Below are positions 9,263 to 18,065 of a stretch of DNA of 64,000 nucleotides, one piece after another. Positions within the stretch are counted from its first letter, which is position 1; each line of letters starts with the position of its first letter. The notes under the pieces were generated by a model. That model ran no database searches. It was not told where the DNA came from and saw only the letters and a program-made list of their open reading frames with translations. This DNA is from Clostridia bacterium (lineage in GTDB: Bacteria > Bacillota > Clostridia > UMGS1883). The translations under genes were made by a program, and so were the position numbers. Location of the stretch: NCBI GenBank assembly GCA_051866635.1, contig JBJDXJ010000009.1, positions 1-64,000 of the forward strand, in the 5' to 3' direction.

Positions 9263-10775
9263 ACATCAAATTGTTGTTTCTGTTATATACATTTACAATT
9301 TGTCTGTAGAATTTTTTATTTACTGCATTTAAGCTGTCCTTTGTAATCCTGAATGCCCAGTTGCCCTCAGCCTTGCCGGGGGTATTCATACGTGTGTCAC
9401 CACCAAAGCCTGCCAAATCCTGAACAGGTACAATTGAAATTCCGGCACTTGATTCAAAAAGTGTCCTGACAATTGCCTTTATACACGGTGCATCAGGTCC
9501 GCCAACACCCCAGTCGCCTTCAAAGTTACAATATGTGCAAATTCTCTCACGGCTTCTTTCATCGCTTTCCCAAAGCCATCCTAAAATTGTGTTGTTGTCG
9601 TGTGTGCCTGTATATGCAACAGTTGAAGAAGTGTAATTATAAGGCATATGCGTGTTGTCACCGTCGGAGAGAAATGCAAACTGCATTACGCCCATGCCCG
9701 GGAAGCCTGACTTTTTCACCAGCTTTCGTACATCGTCGTCAATGTCACCTAAATCCTCTGCAATGATGGGAGGGTTGGGATATTTTTTGCCAAGTGCATT
9801 GAAAAAGTCCATGCCGGGACCCTTTATCCACTTGCCCATTGTTGCTTTTTCCCCGTAGGGAACTGACCAGTATGCAGAAAATGCCCTGAAATGGTCAATT
9901 CTGACAGCATCATAAAGAGAGAAGGAATAGCCTGCACGCTTAATCCACCACTTATAACCGTCCTTTTTCATTTCCGTCCAGTTGTAAAGGGGGTTGCCCC
10001 ATAACTGACCATCCTTACAAAAGTAATCGGGAGGTACACCTGCAACGGCACGGAGAGCAAAGGTTTTTGTATCAATTGAGAAAAGTTTGGGGTTTGCCCA
10101 TACATCGGCACTGTCATGTGCAAGGTAGATAGGCATATCACCTATGATGGAAACACCCATTTCGTTAACTGCTTTTTTAAAATTGGTGTACTGTTTTGAA
10201 AACTGGTACTGAAGAAAAAGGGCAAAGTAATAATCTTCCGCTAAGTCCTTTTTTGCTTTGGCTATTGCATCCTTTTTCCTCATTTTAATATCATCGTCCC
10301 ATTCCCACCAAGGTTTTTGGTCGTAAAAAGTTTTAAGTGCAATGAAAAGGGCGTAGTCGTCAAGGTCAGGGTTTTCAGTTAAAAATTTATTGAGGACCTC
10401 CATGTTATCCTTCTTGAAACGGTCAAAAGCCTTTTTAAAAAGAGGAAGCCTGGTTTCCTTTAAAAAAGCAAAATCAACGCTGTAGGGCTGGCTTGAAATT
10501 GCACTTTCAAGCTCTTCTTTTGTCAAAAGTTTTTCTTCAAAAAGAATTTCCGGGTCGATAAAATAGGGGTTGCCTGCAAATGCACTGCACCCTGCGTAAG
10601 GGGAATTGTAGTCATCTGTAGGGCATAAGGGTAAAAGCTGCCAAGTGCGGATGTCCATGCTTTTTAAAAAGCGGGCAAATTCCACCGCTTCTTTTCCCAA
10701 TGTACCGATGCCGTACTTGCCGGGGATTGAAGAAATATGGCAAAGCACACCTGAAGTACGATTAAACATTTTCAT
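9261..10775 (-). CDS. malQ: 4-alpha-glucanotransferase (GH77)
   Basis: GIGTLG, WQLLPL, SPY, GDMPIY, GVPPDYF, GQLWGNP, RIDHFR, IAEDLG, YTGTHDN, RMNTPG. Confidence 0.95.
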   Translation of the reverse strand: MKMFNRTSGVLCHISSIPGKYGIGTLGKEAVEFARFLKSMDIRTWQLLPLCPTDDYNSPYAGCSAFAGNPYFIDPEILFEEKLLTKEELESAISSQPYSVDFAFLKETRLPLFKKAFDRFKKDNMEVLNKFLTENPDLDDYALFIALKTFYDQKPWWEWDDDIKMRKKDAIAKAKKDLAEDYYFALFLQYQFSKQYTNFKKAVNEMGVSIIGDMPIYLAHDSADVWANPKLFSIDTKTFALRAVAGVPPDYFCKDGQLWGNPLYNWTEMKKDGYKWWIKRAGYSFSLYDAVRIDHFRAFSAYWSVPYGEKATMGKWIKGPGMDFFNALGKKYPNPPIIAEDLGDIDDDVRKLVKKSGFPGMGVMQFAFLSDGDNTHMPYNYTSSTVAYTGTHDNNTILGWLWESDERSRERICTYCNFEGDWGVGGPDAPCIKAIVRTLFESSAGISIVPVQDLAGFGGDTRMNTPGKAEGNWAFRITKDSLNAVNKKFYRQIVNVYNRNNNLM

Positions 10776-10781
10776 TTCCTC

Positions 10782-11522
10782 CTAAAAATTAAATATAGCT
10801 CTGAATAAATAAACCACAAAAGGTATAAACACTGAAGGGAGCATATTGCCAACCTTAAATTTCGGTTTGTAAACGAAGTTAAGACCGATGCCCATAATAA
10901 GTACATTACCGATAAAGCTCATCTGGCAAACTACACTTTCTGTAAGGTACGGTGCGATAAATGATGCACCAAGTGTTATGGCACCCTGATAAACGATAAG
11001 AGAAACACAGCTTAAAAGTGTTCCCACCCCAAGGGTGGAAGCAAAAACAACCGCCATAATGCCGTCTAAGATACTTTTTGCATAAAGTATGTTGGGGTCG
11101 TGGGAAATGCCATCGTTAAGTGAACCTACAATTGCCATACTGCCCACACAAAAAAGGAGCGATGCAGACACAAAAGCCTGGGAAAAGGTTGAGGTTTCAC
11201 CATCTTTAGTAAGCTTTTTCTGAAAAAAATCCCCTACATCTTCAAGACGCTTTTCAATATCAATAATAGTGCCGAAAAGTGTACCTATGGCGATTGACAA
11301 AATCATAAGAAGTGTAAATTCACCTGAAAGTTTGCCATCAGTGACAAAAATACTGTTTGTTACAATGCCTGTAATGCCTATGGTAAACACTGCAAGACCT
11401 AAAGCACTCATTACGCCTTCACGCAATCTGTCGTTTATTGCCTTTTTAAATAAAAGCCCGAAAACCGAGCCTAAAATTACAGCAATCACATTTACAATTG
11501 TACCTATACCTACGATGTACAT
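10782..11522 (-). CDS. DUF554-family membrane protein
   Basis: GTIVNVIAVILG, SLLFCVGSMAIVGSL, KSILDG, KVGNMLPS. Start moved to ATG 11522 (GAGGTG RBS). Confidence 0.85.
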   Translation of the reverse strand: MYIVGIGTIVNVIAVILGSVFGLLFKKAINDRLREGVMSALGLAVFTIGITGIVTNSIFVTDGKLSGEFTLLMILSIAIGTLFGTIIDIEKRLEDVGDFFQKKLTKDGETSTFSQAFVSASLLFCVGSMAIVGSLNDGISHDPNILYAKSILDGIMAVVFASTLGVGTLLSCVSLIVYQGAITLGASFIAPYLTESVVCQMSFIGNVLIMGIGLNFVYKPKFKVGNMLPSVFIPFVVYLFRAIFNF

Positions 11523-11666
11523 AATCTCACCTCTGAAAACAATATGGGTTAATTTTATCACAAAATGGGAAATTTGCAAGTGCATATGACAAAAAACTTG
11601 AAAAATGTATATGTGGGTGATATAATATTTCCAATATACATTTTTTGAAAGAAGAAGGTTTTTGTC

Positions 11667-12710
11667 ATGTTATCCTTAGACGTAAATATCCCAAAAAGGG
11701 AGTATAAAATTCATATAGGAAAGGCTCTTTTAAATGAAGGAGCACATCTTTTGTCACCCTTTGTAAACGGAAAAAAGGTGTGTGTTATATCAGATGGTAA
11801 CGTGTACCCTCTTTACGGGAAAAAGGTCTGTGATGAAATTGAAAAAGCAGGGGGAAATCCTTTTTCCTTAGTTGTAAAGGCCGGGGAGGACTCAAAAAGC
11901 TTTGAAAACCTTGAATATTTGTGCCGTGAAATTATAAAGCATGACTTTACAAGAAGTGATGTAATTGTAGCTTTAGGCGGCGGTGTTGTAGGTGATTTAA
12001 CTGCCTTTTGTGCTTCCGTCGTCCTTCGTGGTGTAACATTAATCCAAGTGCCTACAACGCTTTTGTCCCAGGTGGACTCATCTGTAGGCGGTAAAACTGC
12101 GGTAAACGTGCCTGAAGGTAAAAATTTGGTGGGAACATTTTACCAGCCTTCAATGGTTCTGATTGATACAGACACACTTGACACGCTGCCCCCCCGTGAG
12201 GTTGCATGCGGTATGGCAGAGGTTATTAAATACGGTGCCATAAGTGATAAATCACTTTCCGAAAAGCTTATGGAAGGTAATTTCAACATGGCAGAGGTTA
12301 TAAGAACCTGTTGCGGCATAAAAGCAAGAATTGTAGAAAACGACGAGCTTGACAAGGGCGAAAGGATGATTTTAAATTTTGGCCATACTTTAGGTCACGC
12401 CGTTGAAAATTATACAGGATACGGTACATATTCCCACGGTGCGGCTGTTGCTATCGGTATGTGTGCTATGACAAAGTGGAGCGAAAAGAAAGGTATAACA
12501 AAAGAGGGAACATATGAAGCATTAAAGAAGCTTTGTGAAAAGTACAATTTGCCCACAGAAATTGAAAACTTAGAAAATATGTTAGATGCCGCAAATCATG
12601 ACAAAAAGAGAAGCGGTAATAAAATTAGTATCGTCCTTGTTAAAGATATGGGCGAGTGCTATTACGAAAAAGTAGATGTTTCACTACTTCATGAAATCGC
12701 AAAGGGATGA
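11667..12710 (+). CDS. aroB: 3-dehydroquinate synthase
   Basis: GGGVVGDL, PTTLLSQVDSSVGGKTAVN, LNFGHTLGHAVE, HGxAVAIG. Confidence 0.95.
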   Translation: MLSLDVNIPKREYKIHIGKALLNEGAHLLSPFVNGKKVCVISDGNVYPLYGKKVCDEIEKAGGNPFSLVVKAGEDSKSFENLEYLCREIIKHDFTRSDVIVALGGGVVGDLTAFCASVVLRGVTLIQVPTTLLSQVDSSVGGKTAVNVPEGKNLVGTFYQPSMVLIDTDTLDTLPPREVACGMAEVIKYGAISDKSLSEKLMEGNFNMAEVIRTCCGIKARIVENDELDKGERMILNFGHTLGHAVENYTGYGTYSHGAAVAIGMCAMTKWSEKKGITKEGTYEALKKLCEKYNLPTEIENLENMLDAANHDKKRSGNKISIVLVKDMGECYYEKVDVSLLHEIAKG

Positions 12711-13903
12711 ATGTAATGAATGTAAAAATTAAACCTTGTAAACTTTCGGGGAATATGGATATTCCAAAGTCTAAAAGCTATTCCCACCGTGGGCTTATTG
12801 CCGCCTTTTTAGGTGGGGGAGAGGCTTTGGGCGTTGGCGAAAGCGAGGATATAAAAGCAACAAGAGAGTGTCTTGAAGCACTTAAAAACAAAAAGCCGCT
12901 TTTTGCCAATGAATCGGGGTCAACCTTAAGGTTCATGATACCTATTGCTTTGGCAGTAAACTCTCAGGTTGAAATTTCAGGCAGTAAAAGGCTTATGGAA
13001 AGACCCTTAGATGATTATTTCAGAATTTTTGAAGAAAAGGGCATTATATATTCTCTTAAAGACAATACCCTTTGTGCAAAGGGCGAAATGAAAGGCGGGG
13101 TATATTCACTCCGCGGTGACGTGTCAAGCCAGTTTATAACAGGGCTTTTGTTTGCACTTCCCCTTTTAAAGGAGGACAGCGAAATTAAAATTACAACAAA
13201 CCTTGAAAGCCGTGCCTATGTGGACATGACCATTGATGTACAGCGAAAGTTCGGTATTGAAATTGAAGAGGTTCCCACAGGCTACAAAATAAAGGGAAAT
13301 CAAACTTATAAGAAATGTACATATAATGTGGAGGGTGACTTTTCCCAAGCGGCATTTTTCCTTGCAATGGGTGATGTTACTCTTTCGGGTCTTGACGAAA
13401 ACTCCCTTCAGGGTGACAAGGCAATTGTGGACATATACAGGAAGATGGGGATGGAAATTTCCTACTGTGACGGTGTATATAAAACAAACGGCAAGACCGT
13501 GAAAAATACCATAGTTGACGTTTCCCAGATACCTGACTGCGTGCCTGTTTTGGCATCTGTTATGGCAGTGACAGAGGGCGAGGGCAGAATAGTAAATGCC
13601 GCAAGGCTTCGGATAAAGGAAAGCGACAGATTAAAGGCAATAACACTGGAACTTACAAACCTTGGTGCCTCTGTTACAGAAGGTGAGGATTATCTTATAA
13701 TAAAAGGGAAAAAGAGTCTTAAGGGAGGATTCTGCTCCTCCCATAACGACCACCGTATTGCAATGGCAATCGCCACAATCTCCCCTTACTGTGAGGGCGA
13801 TGTTTTCATAGACGGGGCTGACAGTGTGAAGAAAAGTATGCCCGATTTCTGGGAAAGATTTAAAATGTTGGGAGGAAATGTAAATGAGCTCGATTTGGGG
13901 TAA
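12707..13903 (+). CDS. aroA: EPSP synthase
   Basis: SKSYSHR, ESGSTLRF, SSQFITG, RIKESDR, NDHRIAM, KSxPDFW. Confidence 0.93.
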   Translation: MNVMNVKIKPCKLSGNMDIPKSKSYSHRGLIAAFLGGGEALGVGESEDIKATRECLEALKNKKPLFANESGSTLRFMIPIALAVNSQVEISGSKRLMERPLDDYFRIFEEKGIIYSLKDNTLCAKGEMKGGVYSLRGDVSSQFITGLLFALPLLKEDSEIKITTNLESRAYVDMTIDVQRKFGIEIEEVPTGYKIKGNQTYKKCTYNVEGDFSQAAFFLAMGDVTLSGLDENSLQGDKAIVDIYRKMGMEISYCDGVYKTNGKTVKNTIVDVSQIPDCVPVLASVMAVTEGEGRIVNAARLRIKESDRLKAITLELTNLGASVTEGEDYLIIKGKKSLKGGFCSSHNDHRIAMAIATISPYCEGDVFIDGADSVKKSMPDFWERFKMLGGNVNELDLG

Positions 13904-14972
13904 CAGTATAAAGCTTTCTGTTTTCGGCGAAAGCCATTCAAGAGGCATCGGCGGTGTTATTGACAATTTGCCAAGCGGTATTGAAATTGATATGGAGGAA
14001 ATAGCCTTCGAGCTTAAAAGACGTGCAACAGGGTCTTCCGCATTGGCAACTGCAAGAAAAGAACCTGACATACCGGAAATTTTGTCAGGTGTTGTCAACG
14101 GGAAAACAACGGGCACACCGCTGGCGTTTGTTATATACAATTCAGACCAGCACAGTAAAGATTACGATAATTTAAAAACTGTTGCCCGTCCATCCCATGC
14201 GGACTATACAGGCTATTTAAGGTATAAGGGATTTAATGACCACCGTGGAGGAGGCCACTTTTCGGGCAGACTTACAGCACCTATTGTTTTTGCCGGTGCT
14301 GTGGCAAAGTGTGCTTTAAAGCAAAAGGGGATTTACACAGTATCAAGAATTAAGAGTATTATGGATATTGAGGATATGCCCGTTGATTATAGAAATATGA
14401 CCCAAGATAAAGCTGATGAATTGAAAAAGCTTATAATTCCAACAATTGATACCTTTGCGGCTAAAAAAATGGAGGAGAGGGTTTTAAGTTTAAAAAGCTC
14501 CCTTGACAGTGCAGGGGGAGTTATTGAATGTGCCATTATGAATATGGAAAAAGGCATAGGCAACCCCATATTTGATGCCTTTGAATCACGCCTTGCCTCC
14601 CTTATATTCTCCGTTCCGGCAGTTAAAGGCCTTGAATTTGGTGCAGGCTTTGATGTAACAAAAATGACAGGTAGTCAGGCAAACGACTCCCTTTATACAG
14701 ACGGAGAAAATATTTACACAAAGACAAATCATGACGGCGGTATAAATGGCGGCATCACAAACGGTATGCCCATTGTGTTCAGAACGGCAATCAAACCCAC
14801 AGCCTCCATTTCCCGTGAACAGGACAGCGTAAACTTTATTGACAAGACTAACGAAAAGCTTGTAATAAAGGGCAGACACGATGCGTGTATCGTTGTGCGT
14901 GCCGTAAGCGTTATTGATGCCTGTGCGGCACTTTGTGCCTTTGATTATTTAGTTGAAGCTAAAATGTTTTAA
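13884..14972 (+). CDS. aroC: Chorismate synthase
   Basis: FGESH, RPSHADY, RGGGHFSGRLT, GGITNG, KPTASI, GRHDAC. Confidence 0.96.
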   Translation: MSSIWGNSIKLSVFGESHSRGIGGVIDNLPSGIEIDMEEIAFELKRRATGSSALATARKEPDIPEILSGVVNGKTTGTPLAFVIYNSDQHSKDYDNLKTVARPSHADYTGYLRYKGFNDHRGGGHFSGRLTAPIVFAGAVAKCALKQKGIYTVSRIKSIMDIEDMPVDYRNMTQDKADELKKLIIPTIDTFAAKKMEERVLSLKSSLDSAGGVIECAIMNMEKGIGNPIFDAFESRLASLIFSVPAVKGLEFGAGFDVTKMTGSQANDSLYTDGENIYTKTNHDGGINGGITNGMPIVFRTAIKPTASISREQDSVNFIDKTNEKLVIKGRHDACIVVRAVSVIDACAALCAFDYLVEAKMF

Positions 14973-14985
14973 AGCAGGTGAAGAA

Positions 14986-16083
14986 ATGGAAAATCTTGAA
15001 TTTTACAGAAAAGAAATAGATAAAATTGATGCAGAGCTTATTTCATTAATTGAAAAAAGAATGGACGTGGCAAAAAATATTGCCCGTTTTAAGCTTAAAA
15101 ACGGTATGCAGGTCCTTGACAGCACACGTGAAAAACAGGTGCTTGCAAGCCGGGTTGACCGTGTTTCACAAAAGGAATATGAAAGCGTTATCGAAAAATT
15201 CTTCATTGAGGTTATGGCTCTTTCCAGAGGCGTTCAGCAAAATCTCATTGATTCACATTCCATGAAAAAGTTTTTCACGGGGAAAGCAGTTTATCAGGGC
15301 GTTGACGGTGCCTACGGCTCCATTGCGGCATCTAAAATATTTGGAGAAAATATTTACAATGTAAAGACCTTTGAAAATGTTTTTGAAGAAGTGGCAGGCG
15401 GAAATGCCGATTACGGTGTGCTTCCTTTGGAAAATTCCACAACCGGCAGTATTACCGATGTGGTGGATATGTTATCAAAGTATGATGTTTTCATTGTAGG
15501 TGAAACATTTGTTAAGGTGGAGCATAACCTTTTGGTTCAGAAGGGTGCAAGCCTTTCTGATATAAAGGAAGTTTATTCCCATGAGCAAGGCTTCTGGCAG
15601 TGCAAGGACTATCTTAAAGGTAAGGATTGGGTATTGAACACTGTTGTAAACACTGCAGTAGGAGCAAAGATTGTGTCCGAAAGCGGTGACAAGACAAAGG
15701 CGGCAATTGCATCTTACCGTGCTTGTCAGCTTTATGACCTTGAAGTGAAAGAGTCTTGTATAAATTCAGGTAAGGAAAATTATACACGCTTTATTGTAAT
15801 TGCCAAAGAACCTCAAATTGGGGAAAACTTTACAAAAACGGCTGTTTCTTTCTCTGTGCCTCACGTTTCAGGTTCTCTTATGTCTGCCCTTCAGATTTTT
15901 GCAGAAAATTCCGTAAACCTTGCAAAGCTGGAGTCAAGACCTGTAATTGACAGAATAGGCGAGTATTTATTCTTTGCGGAATTGGAAGGCAACATTAATG
16001 ATGATAACATGAAAAATGCATTAAATTCATTAAAAAAGTATGCAACAAGTTACAAATATCTTGGAAATTATAAAAAAATATAA
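14986..16083 (+). CDS. pheA: Bifunctional chorismate mutase / prephenate dehydratase
   Basis: N-terminal CM domain (RKEIDKID...R), then YQGVDGAY, PLENSTTG, YSHxQ, NYTRF and ACT motif LESRP. Start moved to ATG 14986. Confidence 0.9.
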   Translation: MENLEFYRKEIDKIDAELISLIEKRMDVAKNIARFKLKNGMQVLDSTREKQVLASRVDRVSQKEYESVIEKFFIEVMALSRGVQQNLIDSHSMKKFFTGKAVYQGVDGAYGSIAASKIFGENIYNVKTFENVFEEVAGGNADYGVLPLENSTTGSITDVVDMLSKYDVFIVGETFVKVEHNLLVQKGASLSDIKEVYSHEQGFWQCKDYLKGKDWVLNTVVNTAVGAKIVSESGDKTKAAIASYRACQLYDLEVKESCINSGKENYTRFIVIAKEPQIGENFTKTAVSFSVPHVSGSLMSALQIFAENSVNLAKLESRPVIDRIGEYLFFAELEGNINDDNMKNALNSLKKYATSYKYLGNYKKI

Positions 16084-16210
16084 ATAATTTCAAAAAAACC
16101 CTTGCTTTTTGATATACAATATGCTATGATGAAAAATTTAAAAAAATAAGTTTGACAAATCTTCCTTAATATGGTATAATCAAAAGGTATAAGAGGGGAG
16201 TGAGCGTTTT

Positions 16211-16711
16211 ATGTACAGCATAGGCGACAGCATTGTTTATCCCTTGCACGGTGCAGGTGTAATTGAAGCTATTGAAGAGCGTGAGGTTATGGGCCTTATG
16301 CACAGTTATTACGTCATGCGTATTCCCCTTGGTGACATGAAGGTGCTCATTCCGGTTGAAGGTATTGAAAAAATAGGCATCAGAGATATTATTTCACCTG
16401 AGGAGTCAGATAAGGTTCTGGAAGAATTCAAACATGCTGAGCTTGACGGTAACCGTAACTGGAACAAGCGTTTTCGGGAAAATATGGTTAAGATTAAAAG
16501 CGGTAATATTTATTCTGTTGCGTCAGTTGTAAAGAGCCTTATGGTTCGTGATAAGGAAAAAGGTCTTTCGACACAGGAAAGAAAAATGCTTGCAAACGCT
16601 AAGCAGATTTTAATAAGCGAAATTGTTATTTCAAAAAACGTATCATACAATGATGTTGAGCAGGAGCTTCTTGGTATCGTTGAAACTCAGATGAAAAGTG
16701 CTAAATGTTGA
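16211..16711 (+). CDS. carD: CarD-family transcription regulator
   Basis: GDSIVYPLHGAGVI, NWNKRFREN, KGLSTQERKML. TTGACA-17-TATAAT promoter upstream. Confidence 0.92.
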   Translation: MYSIGDSIVYPLHGAGVIEAIEEREVMGLMHSYYVMRIPLGDMKVLIPVEGIEKIGIRDIISPEESDKVLEEFKHAELDGNRNWNKRFRENMVKIKSGNIYSVASVVKSLMVRDKEKGLSTQERKMLANAKQILISEIVISKNVSYNDVEQELLGIVETQMKSAKC

Positions 16712-16799
16712 TGGCTTTTCGCTAAAAATGTGTTCTTCGGTGTGGCCGTCAATATTGGCGGTCACATTTTTGTTTTAATAAATAGAAAGGTGTGGTTTT

Positions 16800-17501
16800 A
16801 TGGTTAAGGATAAATTCTTTTCTGCAATTATTTTGTCGGCAGGTAAATCAACACGGATGGGCTATAATAAAATGCTTCTTAAAATAGGAAATAGAACGGT
16901 TTTTGAAAGAACGGTTGAGGTTTTTGAAAATTGCGATGCTATTGACGAAATTATAATTGTGGCACCAAAAGAAAGTATAACAGAATATGTGGAAATAATT
17001 AAAAACAATTTTTACAGCAAGGTTGTAAGAGTTACAGAAGGCGGTGAAACAAGACAAGAAAGCGTTTATAACGGCTTGCAGAATGTTTCTGATAAATGTG
17101 ATTATATCGCTGTCCACGACGGTGCAAGGGCACTTATTGAGGAAGAATCTATTGTAGAGGTCTGCGAAGCGGCTATTGAATACGGCGGTGCAGTGGCTGC
17201 TGTTACAAGTGTTGATACATTAAAAGAGATTGACAGTAACGGTATGATAATATCTACCATTGACCGTGACAAAACTGTTCAGGTGCGTACACCCCAGATT
17301 TTCAAAAAGGAAATAATTTTGGATGCTCATGCAAAGGCAAGGGTTGATAAATTTGAAGGCACAGATGAATGTATGCTGGTGGAAAGATGTAAAAAACCAA
17401 TAAAAACAGTTATTACAGGCAAAAATAACATAAAGCTGACACAGCCTGAGGACATTTTCTTTATGACTTCTGTCCTGCGTGAGAGGGGTAAATTATCATG
17501 A
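16800..17501 (+). CDS. ispD: 2-C-methyl-D-erythritol 4-phosphate cytidylyltransferase
   Basis: AGKSTRMG, GGETRQESVYNG, VHDGAR, TPQIF, NIKLT. Confidence 0.95.
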   Translation: MVKDKFFSAIILSAGKSTRMGYNKMLLKIGNRTVFERTVEVFENCDAIDEIIIVAPKESITEYVEIIKNNFYSKVVRVTEGGETRQESVYNGLQNVSDKCDYIAVHDGARALIEEESIVEVCEAAIEYGGAVAAVTSVDTLKEIDSNGMIISTIDRDKTVQVRTPQIFKKEIILDAHAKARVDKFEGTDECMLVERCKKPIKTVITGKNNIKLTQPEDIFFMTSVLRERGKLS

Positions 17502-17971
17502 GAATAGGCATAGGCTGTGATACGCACCGTTTGGTTGAAGGCAGAAAACTTATTTTAGGCGGTGTTGAAATTGAACATACAAAAGGGCTTTACGGTCATT
17601 CCGATGCAGATGCACTTGTTCATGCGGTGATTGATGCACTTTTAGGTGCGGCAGGGGCGGGCGATATAGGAACTCTTTTCCCCGACACTGACATGAAGTA
17701 TAAGGATATATCGTCTCTTGTTTTACTTAAGGAAGCGGCAAGAGTAATTGACGAAAAAGGGTATAAAATTGTAAATATTGATACTGTTATTATTGCCCAG
17801 AAACCTAAAATGGCACCTTTCAAGGCACTTATGGAAAAAACTATGGCAGAGGTTTTGTGCATTGAACCCGATAGGATTAATGTAAAGGCAAAAACAAACG
17901 AAAATATGGGATTTACAGGACGTGAAGAAGGTATCGAAACACGGGCGGTTGCCCTTTTGGAAGAAAAGTAG
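17498..17971 (+). CDS. ispF: MECDP synthase
   Basis: RIGIGCDTH, GHSDAD, GDIG, NVKAKTNE, GREEGI. Confidence 0.96.
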   Translation: MRIGIGCDTHRLVEGRKLILGGVEIEHTKGLYGHSDADALVHAVIDALLGAAGAGDIGTLFPDTDMKYKDISSLVLLKEAARVIDEKGYKIVNIDTVIIAQKPKMAPFKALMEKTMAEVLCIEPDRINVKAKTNENMGFTGREEGIETRAVALLEEK

Positions 17972-18065
17972 TTCATATTTATTTCCAAATTTACAATATG
18001 TTCATTTTTGCGTTGCGAAAACTATATATAAAAATAGTAAGCTTAGCATAAAGGAGGTATAGGAT

